Source: Lingula anatina (taxonomy: Eukaryota; Animalia; Brachiopoda). Taken from it: 64,000 nucleotides of DNA. The number at the start of each line of letters is the position of its first letter. Position 1 is the stretch's first letter. Positions 27,711-39,500 of the stretch are shown piece after piece. The DNA lies in the NCBI GenBank assembly GCA_051362555.1, contig CM120648.1, positions 11,652,587 through 11,716,586 of the forward strand, written 5' to 3'. The notes beneath the pieces are model-generated. The model was not told the origin of the DNA, ran no database searches, and worked only from the letters and a program-made list of their open reading frames with translations. The translations under genes were made by a program, and so were the position numbers.

Positions 27711-29095
27711 GCGCCGGGAATTTCGTCTTAGAAATCAATACAAAAGAAACACAAAGAACGTGACTAATGTGCGCATTTGGTGCAGTATCATGACACGAAG
27801 ACTCTTTGTCTACAGTGGGTGGTAAACACTGGAGCTCTCACTCTCTATGTATATTTAATAAAAGAATAAATAAAAGCTGAAATTTAATGAGAACGAAATG
27901 GAATGTTTTTTTAAATAATTGACCTTGACCTCTGAAGACTTCTGAAATATAGCCAATATATAATGTCCATGTGTTTTATTAATTTATTTATTTATTTGTG
28001 TTTGTTTATTTTTATCTATTTATTTATTTTTTGAAAACAGCACCTACATATAAACCATCTTTCTTTGCACTAAGAACGACCAAAATTCTGGAGGAAACCT
28101 TTTATCACACTTGGTGCTTACTATTATTTTTTCATTATGTTCATTCCACAATAATTCACCACAGTTTGCTGTAAGATTCTACACGTGTACAGATCTATAC
28201 ATCAACACTGAGAATAGTCTTAGGTGAAATCTTATCATCTATGTCTGTACTGTCACCGTGATATGCCTAATAACATGCTGTGTATTAATCCGACGTCATT
28301 TTATTATTATTATTATTATTTTATAATAATAATTATTATTATTATTATTATCAATTTTTAAAGGGCCCTTGATGCACCAAAATCAAATGATAAACATTCG
28401 TTTCATTTTAATCCTGAATATGGAAAAAAGTAATAAACGTACTTTATGTTCATATGTATGTTTCTTATAATGAGGTATTTGCATACTGTATTATAAAAGT
28501 CGACTCTTTTTGGTCAGTTAACGGTCCGCGACGTCCAGCTAGGAGGGTTTGGACTGCCGTTCTTTGTGTCGGGACTGGTGACGATCATCACAGCAACTGT
28601 AGCTTTTTTTTACTTTACCAACCGAGAAAAAAGAGCAATCTAATTTGCCACACTTAGTATTTGATAAGCTGCCTGTTGAGTTATTGAAACTTTTGCCGCT
28701 TCGACAAGATAGCGCCAGTTCTTAATCCAAATTACAGTTAAATACGTACCTGAGCATTGAAGAAAACAAATGGCCAAGTTCTGAAAGTGGGTAAAATGAT
28801 AATAATGTCATAAACTTGTGTGAGACTGCATGTAGCAAGTTTCAGTGGTCATGGAATGAGAGAGAGTCAAATGGGGAAGGCAGTGATTAAAGTTAAAATG
28901 AAAGGCAGGTAAAACAGGAATGGGGGAGAAAATATTGGACAGAGTAATAGACAGATGACGCATATGTTGTCTCGAAAGCTGCTAAGATTGAAGGGAATAT
29001 AAAGACAGATGGAGGAGCATAATCGCCTTCGACAGTCGACAGGGAGTTATGAATATTGCATGCTAAGAACCACTTCATTCTTCATATTTACCTGT
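27711..29095 (+). pseudogene. Deleted relic of a D/E-type SLC18B1-like gene (intron 1 piece fused to 3' half of exon 5 and intron 5)
   Basis: 27711-28533 matches intron 1 of D/E (45215 onward; 56370-56650). 28536-28638 reads QLGGFGLPFFVSGLVTIITATVA then frameshifts, and the donor GT is lost. 28640-29095 matches E intron 5 (58417-58870). Confidence 0.85.
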
Positions 29096-29130
29096 ACATG
29101 CAAACGTGGTGTTTTTTTCCTCTTTAAAAC

Positions 29131-29990
29131 CAGCTAGAATACCCGCATTTCTTTTCATATTTTTACTAATATGTTGAGTACAAGAGTAGCTTTTGTCTTA
29201 TGATATTTATCAAAATTGCTAGGGCAGAAATGGTGTTTCTGAAATATAAGCTGTAGCTCCCACTCTATGACATTTTGATTATGATGGATAACCGCGTCCA
29301 CACTCCGGCCAAAAAGATAGCTGTTGGAGATCAATTTCTTTATGTCACATATTATCTGAATAATGCATATAATTCATTATAAATTTGTGACTGTAATTTC
29401 TGGCCCACTTAACCATTGCGAGGAGTATGGATTTGTAATGCAGTATGATCGGTATGATACCCGTATACCTGTAATGTAACCAATTACCCATCCAAAGTTG
29501 GTAATTCTACTCTGACATTATAATTTAGATTAATCAGTAAAAGCATAAGGTGTCTGCCCTTCATACCTTGGTGAACAATCGGTTTGATCCAAATTAGACC
29601 TAAGTCGCAACGTCTCGTGTCCAGGCATTGTAGTTTTTTTTTTTTTTTTTTTTTTGGGGGGGGGGACTGTCGGGTACCCCACTTACATCGCATGCATTAC
29701 AAATAGCATCTACAGGACACTGCAAGACCACTCAATATTTAGGGTAATAGTGAATAGTAAAAGAAAATAACAGAAAAAACACAGACGCTACAGAAATTGA
29801 TACACATTACTGGCCAATGTTGTCTGTGTACGAAGGTAATTCTACAATAGGTACAGTATAGTAAATATTGTTAGGTTGCTTTTATCAATAGGATAACAGT
29901 GTAAGCTTTCCTCAAGGTCCAGACTCAAACTTAAAATATTACACGCCATATGTCATTAACCATATCTGACCTCCTGCCCCGTGAATTTGT
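29131..29990 (+). repeat. Duplicated upstream region (paralogous to 17510-18385 upstream of B)
   Basis: Colinear similarity, e.g. gggcagaaatggtgtttctgaaatat, gcatctacaggacact and ctcaaggtccagactca in both. Confidence 0.85.
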
Positions 29991-30551
29991 CATTTGTCAT
30001 AGCTTGCCAAGCTAGGTAAATACAATGGCCGGAGGAATGGTACCCTTCAGTTCGCTTATGATGTGGTTTTGTGTGCGGGGGTGGGGCAATAATATCCAGA
30101 CAGGATCAATTTTTTTGGATCCGAGAATGACCCAAGATAAGAGGCATCTTTGCTTTTCTTTCAAAACAGAGATAAATTCCCAATATTCTTGTCCTGACCC
30201 AAAGAGGAGCTTTGGGCCGTTTGCCATTCTAACCATAGTACTAAAAATACAAATGTACAAAAGTACAAAAATACCATTACCCTCTGCAAAATATCTGTTG
30301 TATTTGAAGAGGATTAAATTAAAGCGTCGCACGGACATAAGGGACGACTCAAACCGAGAGAGACTAGTACCCTACTTGCATCGTACACATTAAAGATAGC
30401 ATCTACAGGACACAGCAAGACCACTCAATCGAGTTACATAGCCCTGCTCAGTTAAGCAAGAAAATGGCATCAAAGAAAGTACGCGGTATTTGACTATTGG
30501 ATAGAGGTGGAAAATAGATGCGAAGAGATCGAGGGAAGAAAGCGTGAGGCC

Positions 30552-33500
30552 ATGAAGTTTCTCAATTTGAGTTCCCGGCAGAAATCTACCTTAATTAACG
30601 GTGCAATTGCCAACATTGTTATATCCGTGTGCTACACTCTTGTGATGCCATTTCTCCAAGACGTGGTGAGTGACAAGTGAATAGTTCTTTTGGTTAATAG
30701 CGACTCATCTTCTTCAAAAGACGTAATATATTTTAGTGAAGGGAATGGATCTTCCGAGATAGATTTAATCTTTGTTGTCGCCACAAAAACAAAATTTTGA
30801 GAGAATGGAAAACAAGTGGGGATAACCTTTAAATGTGAGACAATGCACTGTCATCCAAGGTACATGCTAAATGTAATTACAATTTCAAAGGTTTTTTTTT
30901 TGTTTTTTACCGATAGGCCTATTTCTGATAAAATGGAAGAATGAACAGCTTAAAAACAAAAGATAAACTAGATGGTGTCGATTGGTAGCCATCGCATATC
31001 CCCGCACTTCCCCATATTATCAAGAGCAGCTCACCTCTAGGGACCACTTACCACACACGCATGTACACACGCACGTACGCACACACATACACACAAATCA
31101 CTGCTTCATCCAAAGGTATTTAAAAATATAAATGTAAAAAAATCTACAATGTTGAAAGAATTTAGAATCAACCAACCCCCAGGGACTTCCCAACCCCCAG
31201 TTGCACTTAAATTCAAAAGTGCCCATGCACATCTCTGATGATGGGTATACTAATTACCAAAGTTTCAACTCCCAACTCTAATGGTGCAGGAGGAGATAGC
31301 AGAAATTACAATTTCATAAGAATTTAGAATCAACCAACCCCCGGGGACAGCCCAACCCTCTTTTGCACTAAAATTCTTAAGTGCCAATGCACCTCCCTGA
31401 TGATGGGTTTACAAATCACTAAAATTTCAACTTCCTAACTCTAACGGTCTAGGGCAGATGACAGAAATTACGTCTGAAGAATTTAGAATCAACCACCCCC
31501 CGGGGACAGCCCAACCCCCTGTTGCACTAAATTTCCAAAGTGCCCATGCACATCTCTAATGATGGGTATACTAATTACCAAAGTTTCAACTTCCTAACTC
31601 TAATGGTCTAAGAGCTGATAGCAGAAATTACAATGCCATAAGAATTTAGAATCAACCCCACACACAAATCACTGCTTCATACAAAGGTATTTAAAAATAT
31701 AAATGTAAAAAAATCTACAATGTTGAAAGAATTTAGAATCAACCAACCCCCAGGGTCCAGCCCAACCCCCTGTGGCACTAAAATTCCAAAGTTCCCATGC
31801 ACATCCCTGATGATGGGTATACTCATTACCAGAGTTTCAACTTCCTAACTCTAATGGTGCAGGAGGAGATAGCAGAAATTACAATGTCATAAGAATTTAG
31901 AATTAAGCCCCCCCCCCCCCCCCCGGGGACAGCCCAACAACTGTGGCACTAATGCACATCCCTGAAGATAGGTTTACCAATTCCCAAAATTTCAACTTCC
32001 TACCTGCAATGGTCTAGGAGCAGAAAGCAGAAGTTACAATGCCATAATTTTTATTATAAAAGTATTTTTGTCAGCCTAAGATGCATTAAGAAATACCAGC
32101 ACATTATGAACAAGAGCGCTGTCTCTTAGGTTTAATGGCGTTCTTTGCATCTTTTTCAGGCAATAAAGAAGGATGTGTCTCTGACAGGAGCAGGAGCAAT
32201 CCTAGGATCTTATGAGGTCGCCATGTTCTCCTGTTCCCTTTTTATTGGTTCACAGGTTGCTATTGGTTGCTTTACAATCCACTGCCATCCTTTTGTTTGC
32301 ATTTATAAAATCAAATTTATAATCTTAATTTGCACTCTTAATTAATATATATTAATATTATTTAATTTATATATCCCACCTGACTCTCAATAATCTGGTT
32401 TTCTGGATAATTTTCGCCATTTATCTATTGCAAAATAATAAAACAGATTTTTTGTCTTAAAAAAACTGCAAATTCAAGTAGCTTTAATTACCTGTTCGTG
32501 TTTTGTTTTAGATATCTCGCATAGGAACGAGGCGCTGTTCCTACATAGGAGGACTGGTAATTGGTGTCAGTTCGCTGGCTTTTGGGTGCGTAACTTTTGG
32601 TCGATATGGCACTTTTTTGTCGTTTTTTTTTTTTTTTTTAAGATTAAACATTTGATTATAGACCTTTAATAGGCGGTTAATAGGAAAATGGAATCTCAGC
32701 AACATCCCGTCACATAACGTGTATTCTATCCTAAACTGCGCACGATGCTCAATCAATGTTTACAGCTAGGCTTTTTAATCTGTTCTCACTACCGTTATCG
32801 TGTCTACGAACACGGTTACTCTTCACCGTTACCTAGCCTACCGCCCACTTTTTGAACAATGGAAGTAGGAGGATCGTTTAACAATGGATATTTAGCCAGT
32901 TGCGTGGCAGAAGAGCGTGTCTCGATCTCTCAACCTGGCAGGGGGCGACCGTCTTATTCAGGAAGCGTGTGCATTTAGGCGTGATGTCATTAATAGCCGC
33001 TAATAGCTGTCCGGTAAATATTGCACCGCTTCTTATTACTTCAAAAATCAAAGCATCTACTTACTGTACTTCGTCAGTTAAACGGGAATATATAAAGCAG
33101 GTTTAGCAGGAAATACAATTAACAGCATATTCACTTAAATAAACAAGTGTAAACACAAACCAACGCTCAATTTGAAGAGAATAAATAAAAAATGATAGTA
33201 TGACCGTTTTGATTTGTTTGGATGTACTAGTAAGCTAATTGTATGGAAATGGCGTGAGTAATAAACAGAACAGGAAGAAGCAGAAAAACTTACGTTTCAA
33301 TGCTATTTCGGCAAAAGGCCTTTTATATTTTGATTTACTTGTAGGACTGGTTTAGTGAGAAATAATAAAAAAAAGAATACATAGAAAATAATCAATTTAT
33401 CCATTTTATTCTGTACATAGACTGAGGTAGTACTTTATGATGGTGGTTACACCATAAACTGTTATTTAATAAATGTTCGTATTACCTAGTCATTGTAATT

Positions 33501-36500
33501 TATTTTTGTTTCGATTAAAGGGATTATAACATTTTACTGCCATATGCCATTATCGATAGTAGTTCTTCCTTACACTGCACTAAACACTTAAAACTCATCT
33601 TAGCCTCTGGGAACGAGTAATTAATGCTGTATACGACCAAAAAGGATTAGAAAACTGTCTAATTTTAAATTGCAATGTAAGCATAATCACCTATAAGTGA
33701 ATATAACAATTTAAACAAACATCAAAAGAGTAACTTTGAGCGAAAAAAAATGTTTTGGCATTTAGTAGGATGGTGGTAGAAAGTAGCTAGTGACCCCAGG
33801 AAAATTAATTTTGGTGAAAATTTAAGAGTTATCGTTGTATTAATTGTTGTGATGTTTCCGTCTCAAATTCGTATTGGCCGTATTCATGGCAGTTGTACAT
33901 TTTGACCAAAATCCTGGTAATCTCGCCTCGTCAGGATAGAATTTTTTAACAGAGCGCTCTATGTACAACATTCTCTCTTTGCACATGGGCTCCTTCACCA
34001 TATCTGCTCTCCTGCACCCCAGTATGTTGCGCGTCGGATTAATCCTTTCCTCAGCTGAGAAAATCGTAGACATCAGTTTGACACAGAAGTTTGTGCAACT
34101 GCTTGCTGTTGTTTTCATGTTTAATAGTTTTCTGGTTAAAATGTCTTTTTTTCTAGTTGAATGATATTAAAAAATTTACTATGAAGAGCATCGCCACTAC
34201 AGAGATTAGGAAGTAAACTCTTCATGACACTAAGATGGGTGCAAATGTGTACCCTCTCCAGCACTGTTAAAGGTCCACAAACAAATATACACACATTTGT
34301 CAAGACGACAAGATAAATTTCACTACGATGTATCAAGTGTAATAATTGTTACATATATATTCTAAATGTTGCTTACTTATAATTGCATTAAGAAAAATCA
34401 GTATATCAATTAATTTAGTTTAAATAAAATCATCTGCAACAGAGGCTAAAAGCTGTGCACCTGGGACTAAGGGACTGCCTCAGCTCAAACATATTGAAGA
34501 CAAAGGGAACTTCCTTTCTTTTCCGAGAGAACAATAACAGGGGCGGAAGGAGCAATTACAACGTGCAAACGTGCATCAGATAAGAAGCCCTACAATGAAG
34601 TTGCGATTTTATCTGCAATGGTGGTCACAAGCTGATCTCATCCTTCAATGCGATGGAGTTTGATACACCACACATGTAAACATACATATTTAAGAAAAAA
34701 ATCGAAAAACATTTGTACAACTGGTCTGTGGGACAGTCATTTACTTGTATTGAAACTTAAAAAGCATCAAAAAGGGACTCACTTGTACAGTTGATATTTG
34801 AAGAATGACGCCGAAATATTTTCCTGTTCCTGCAGCGTACATTGACTGTACTGTACTTGTGTATACATGTAATTACGTACGTATTTATTCTCTTCATATA
34901 TCGCGCACAATTCTCTCGACAACTATCATCTTTATATGAGGAATGTTGAGGACATTTTGAAAAACAGGCAGTCTCAAAACAACTTTATCACTATTCTAAA
35001 TATTTAAATACAAATGCATTTATAAGGGCAAATACTGTATATCATTTTGCTTGCTTATAGCCCGCATTTCTGAAGAAATGCAGTAAGTCACACTTTACAA
35101 AGGTTGAAATGGTGTCGCCGACATAAAACAACCACACTTGGCAATCAATGTTATGCTGGAGTTTTGTTAAGTGATGTCAGGCATAGACCTGAAAAGGTTA
35201 ATTTGATCTACATTAGTGCGTTAAACATCGAAACGAGGTAATTTCTGGTCGTGCGTCTCCGTCGATAATTAATATACCGGTATGATAGAAGAAAGAGTCT
35301 TGACAATTTCCCTCAAACTTATCTCTTCATTGTGTCGAGACGGGAGATGTGCATTTGCTATACAGTACTAAGCAACGTTCGTACATAAACGTTTATCTAA
35401 ACACATCTGTCAGGACGTCAAGATAGATTTCACTTAGATGTTTTAAGTATAATTTCATATTTACTCCAAATGTGGCCTAATTAAAAGTCCCTAAAGAAAA
35501 AGCAGCATATCAATTAATTTATTTTCAGTTAAATCATCTGCAACAGAAGCTAAAAGCTGTGCACCTCGGACTAAGGGACTGCCTTTATTGATCTAAACTC
35601 AAACAACTTCCTTTCTTTTCATACAGAACAATAAAGGAGGTGAAAGCGGCAATTGCAGTGTATATACGTGCATTGTACAGTGTACATCAATTAAGGGGTC
35701 CGGTTGCTGTAAAGGGTGTAATTATATATATGTACTGCAATGGGGTCTTGATGCGATTTTATGTACTATTAAAACAACCTTATATTAATGTCACTGGGTC
35801 CAGCAACAAGAAATTTAATTCACATCTTTCCTATTGATGTTAAATATAACAATCAGGGCTGATGAGGTGAAATGGTTAAATAAATATGGGGCGGGGGGGG
35901 GGGGTATACTTTTTCGGGAGAGCCAGGGCTCAACTTTGGTTGGGAACAGGAATGCGAAAGACATGATTTCATTTTCATCTGTACTTACCAATCTTTCCTT
36001 GCTGTCGAGGATTTCTTAAGGAAAATGCAATAAACTTGTTTCAAACCCCCCCCCCCCCCCCCCCCCCCGAGAGTCCAGACTTAAATCCCATAGAAAACAT
36101 CTGGTCTACGATGAAACACCACTTAAGAAAATACACTAAGCCAAAAACAAAAGATGAACTTATAAGTGGGATGCAGGAATTCTGGAAGACGGTCACAACT
36201 GAGGAATGTATAAAGTACATAAACCATATAAACAAAGTTATTCCGGAGGTGTTGAAAAGGGAAGGCCGTGCATCCGGATATTTGATTAATGATTATCAGG
36301 AGAATGCACTTTTTCAATTAAATGACTGTTTGTAAGAGCCATTTTATTAATTTGCCATTTTTAAAATTTATTTTTTATAAAATTGTTGTGGTTTACTGTA
36401 TGGATGTTCCGTGTTAATTGTGAATAAACCGACTATTCATTGACTGCAATAATTTGTTTCATTATACATGTATATATATGTACGTCACATTCCACGTCAT

Positions 36501-39500
36501 TGAAAAAGACAATCACCGCATAATTCTGCCATATTCATAATTCACTATTTTAATTGGCTTGAGCATGTTATCGTGACTCTTATCGTTTCACCTAAGTAAG
36601 CCAAAATTAAGATGAAAGGGCGACATCGGTAAATTAATTATATTTCATTCAATTACAAAATTCTATTTTTGAAAATGTCTACGAAGTTTGGAATGCGGTG
36701 AATAAACAGAAATATCGTCAGTGCTTGTACCATGGTTAAACCCAACATTTAGTCCTCCATGTCTTAACAAAGGACACGTGCCGTTCTACACCAGAACAAT
36801 GCTTGGAACTAGCGGGACGTATGATTGCACAGGCTGCTTGACGGGACACGATGTAGACAGCGGGGAGTCCGAGATGGTTACGATTGATAACTTAACAGCT
36901 TAAACTGTCGCTATTTGCCCTGTTATTATCCACGCGGGGGTTATCAGGAGTCACGGTCGCACTGACCGTGACCTACTGTGAACGGTCTTATTGGCCTAGC
37001 TGTAGTTGACACACAAAGGGTGAGAAACGTATCAATCAACCAGATTGACAATTTCAACAAATTTTGCAATGGATTTCATGATTGATTGATCCACAAATCA
37101 TAAAAGAAGAATCACAGTTTTATACCCATTAAAGATTACCATACATTAGATAAATCTTACTTTTTAGATATTTTTATTTTAGTTTTTTAGATGCCTGCCC
37201 TCCAGGTAACATATTTCTTGGGCTTGCTATAACAATACGCGTGATGGAATCATTGGGTGCGTCGATGGCTATCGCAGCCAGCTATGCCCTAGCAACGAAG
37301 GAGTTTAGGGATAACGTAGCAACGGTATATGTAAGTAGATGACAATCCTATGCTCATTGATGCTTCTAAAAAACTTGAATTGCAACGTTATTGAAAAAAG
37401 ACTCCACAAAATGTGCGTAAAATTGAATGAATTTGATTTATTCTGCACACATGCATGCATTGAGGGTTTTCTTTAGTCTTGTCACTTTTGCACTGTGTAT
37501 CAAAATGATTTTAACTTATAATCAAGACATTCTACAGTCTCTTTTATCGTCAACAGCAAACATTTCATTTCAAAAGCAAATATGAATCAATTATATTGTT
37601 ATTTCGTTATAACACGCAAAGAAACTTTTTAAAATATTATTCTGTCATTTTTATTCTAGGGGTTCTTGGAAATGTGTGCAGGACTCGGTTACGTCTTGGG
37701 TCCATTGGTCGGTGGCGGCCTCTATCAGCTAGGAGGGCTATGCCTGCCATTCTTCGTGTCGGGGCCGCTGATGATCGTCACAGCAGCTGTGTCATTTTTT
37801 ACTTTACCAATTGAGATAGAGGAGCAAGGTTATTTGTTAGAGTTTACTAACTTGGCTTGGCTGGGTTACATCATACTTCCCACTTCCATTACCTCCTTGA
37901 AGTCTGAAATTTAATTTCATATCAGTTGTTCGCCTTTTTTATTCACAGATATACCAACAGACTACGGACAGCTAATTAAAATAGCAAAGATACCGGCCAT
38001 ACATCTAGAACAAGTAGCCGTTTGGGTAGGATATATTGGCTGTAGTGCTTTAAGTCCCACTCTAGGAGGTCATTTACAGAATGTAAGATATCTTACTACA
38101 AGTGCACTGTCATTCTAATGCTAGTAAAAAGATACTTTATAATTACGTTATTGTGAAACGTAGGTAACTAAAAAGTAACGAACATGTTTTCTGCTTTTAA
38201 ATCAATTTCCAATATGTCTTTTTGCATTTTTTATATTTCATTCTTTTTTTAATGTGTCTTTCCTTTTTCAGTTTTTTTTATTATTACTGTCGTGTTTACA
38301 GGTAGATTCCTCTGTTGAAGGCAACCATATCATGATCGGTTTGGCGTTTTCTCTGAATGGGGCCTTTTACATATGTTCTGTACTATTGTTTGGTTTCATA
38401 ACAGACAAATACGTAAGCTGTTTTTCTTTTTAGTTTTTATTTTAAAATTTTCTTTATTATTTTATTAAAATCATTAACTCTTTTTTGTTATATGTTTCGT
38501 TTGTTCTAAAGTCGCATAATAGCAACTAAATTTAATACCTCACCTGGTGAAAGTTTCACAGCAAAACTGTAGTTCCAAAGCATACAAATGAGTATAAACT
38601 TCCAAAGATATATTAAATAAATGTCCTGTTTTTCTTATAGAATCGGTGTAAGGTAATAATAATCTTGGGACTCATCGTCATGGCCGTAGCCTTAACTCTC
38701 ATTGGACCCTGGGCACCCTTCACTCACCTATTCCCAAACGGCAAAGGGTAGGTACCAATGCCATAAATTCAGAACCATGAAGACATTTCTTTTAGATATA
38801 ATGTTGCTGTGCTAAATGTTGCAATGTAGTAACCGATGACTCTATTTCGAAAAACAGGAATGAAATACACTGTTGTTCATACCTGTCACAACTAATAAAG
38901 TTTATTGATTCAGTCGCAAACGTCTACATGTAAGGGCTCTGTTATCTTTGCACATACAAAAGCTGAAAAACATACAAAAGAAGCACAAAGGAACACAAAC
39001 ACCAGCACTCTAGAGATGAGTTCAATCATTTGTTAAATGTGGTCTCCAGAAAAACAACGCATTCGCATATGGCCATCTCATGGGTAGAGTAGGAACGTAG
39101 ATTCAGCTAGGAAGACCACATGCTCTCAGTGCACGTCTCTTAGGTTTCTGTTTTGAGTTTGCGTAGCCGTGGTTAATGCTATATGGTAACGTGTTCACAT
39201 AGGTGTCTTGGCCATTATTCGTGGCATATTGCCATGTTGGACCTATTTCCCGTTCAAAGTTTGGCGGGATAGGCCTATCAAACGATGAGCCCATGACAGT
39301 GGCAGATTTCGTGTGGGTTCTTCTGGCAATGTTCATGGTAACGCGAACAGAACCTGACGTCAAATTGTGTCAAACTGTGAATCTGTCAGAAGCTACACTG
39401 CGGGTCGGAGCTCTTCTCGGGGTAGAAACTAGTCTGATAATATGTATGGTATGGTATGGCTTTAGTAATAGTTTGGTGGAGCGCTAGGTCAGATCTCATC

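Larger units (their letters stand above)
32763..37002. mobile_element. 4.2-kb Tc1/mariner-superfamily element with short TIRs and cargo, in intron 3 of C
   Basis: TA|CAGCTAGGC ... GCCTAGCTG|TA. Empty site in B at about 20938 (aatgttTGgttgacac versus aatgttTA...TAgttgacac). Contains a transposase C-terminal fragment and a BEN-like exon. Confidence 0.85.

Noticed and set aside
30012-30393. 108-aa and 122-aa overlapping ORFs upstream of C
   Set aside because: They span a junction between an unidentified insert and sequence paralogous to B's non-coding upstream region; no protein motif seen.
31157-32045. Regularly spaced repeats resembling a CRISPR array
   Set aside because: Eukaryotic intron, whole ~165-bp units repeat with no unique spacers, and there are no cas genes.
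36046-36067. Poly-proline stretch in the transposase fragment
   Set aside because: Expanded poly-C homopolymer (slippage or sequencing artefact) in a dead element; similar C runs occur at about 31908 and 63067.
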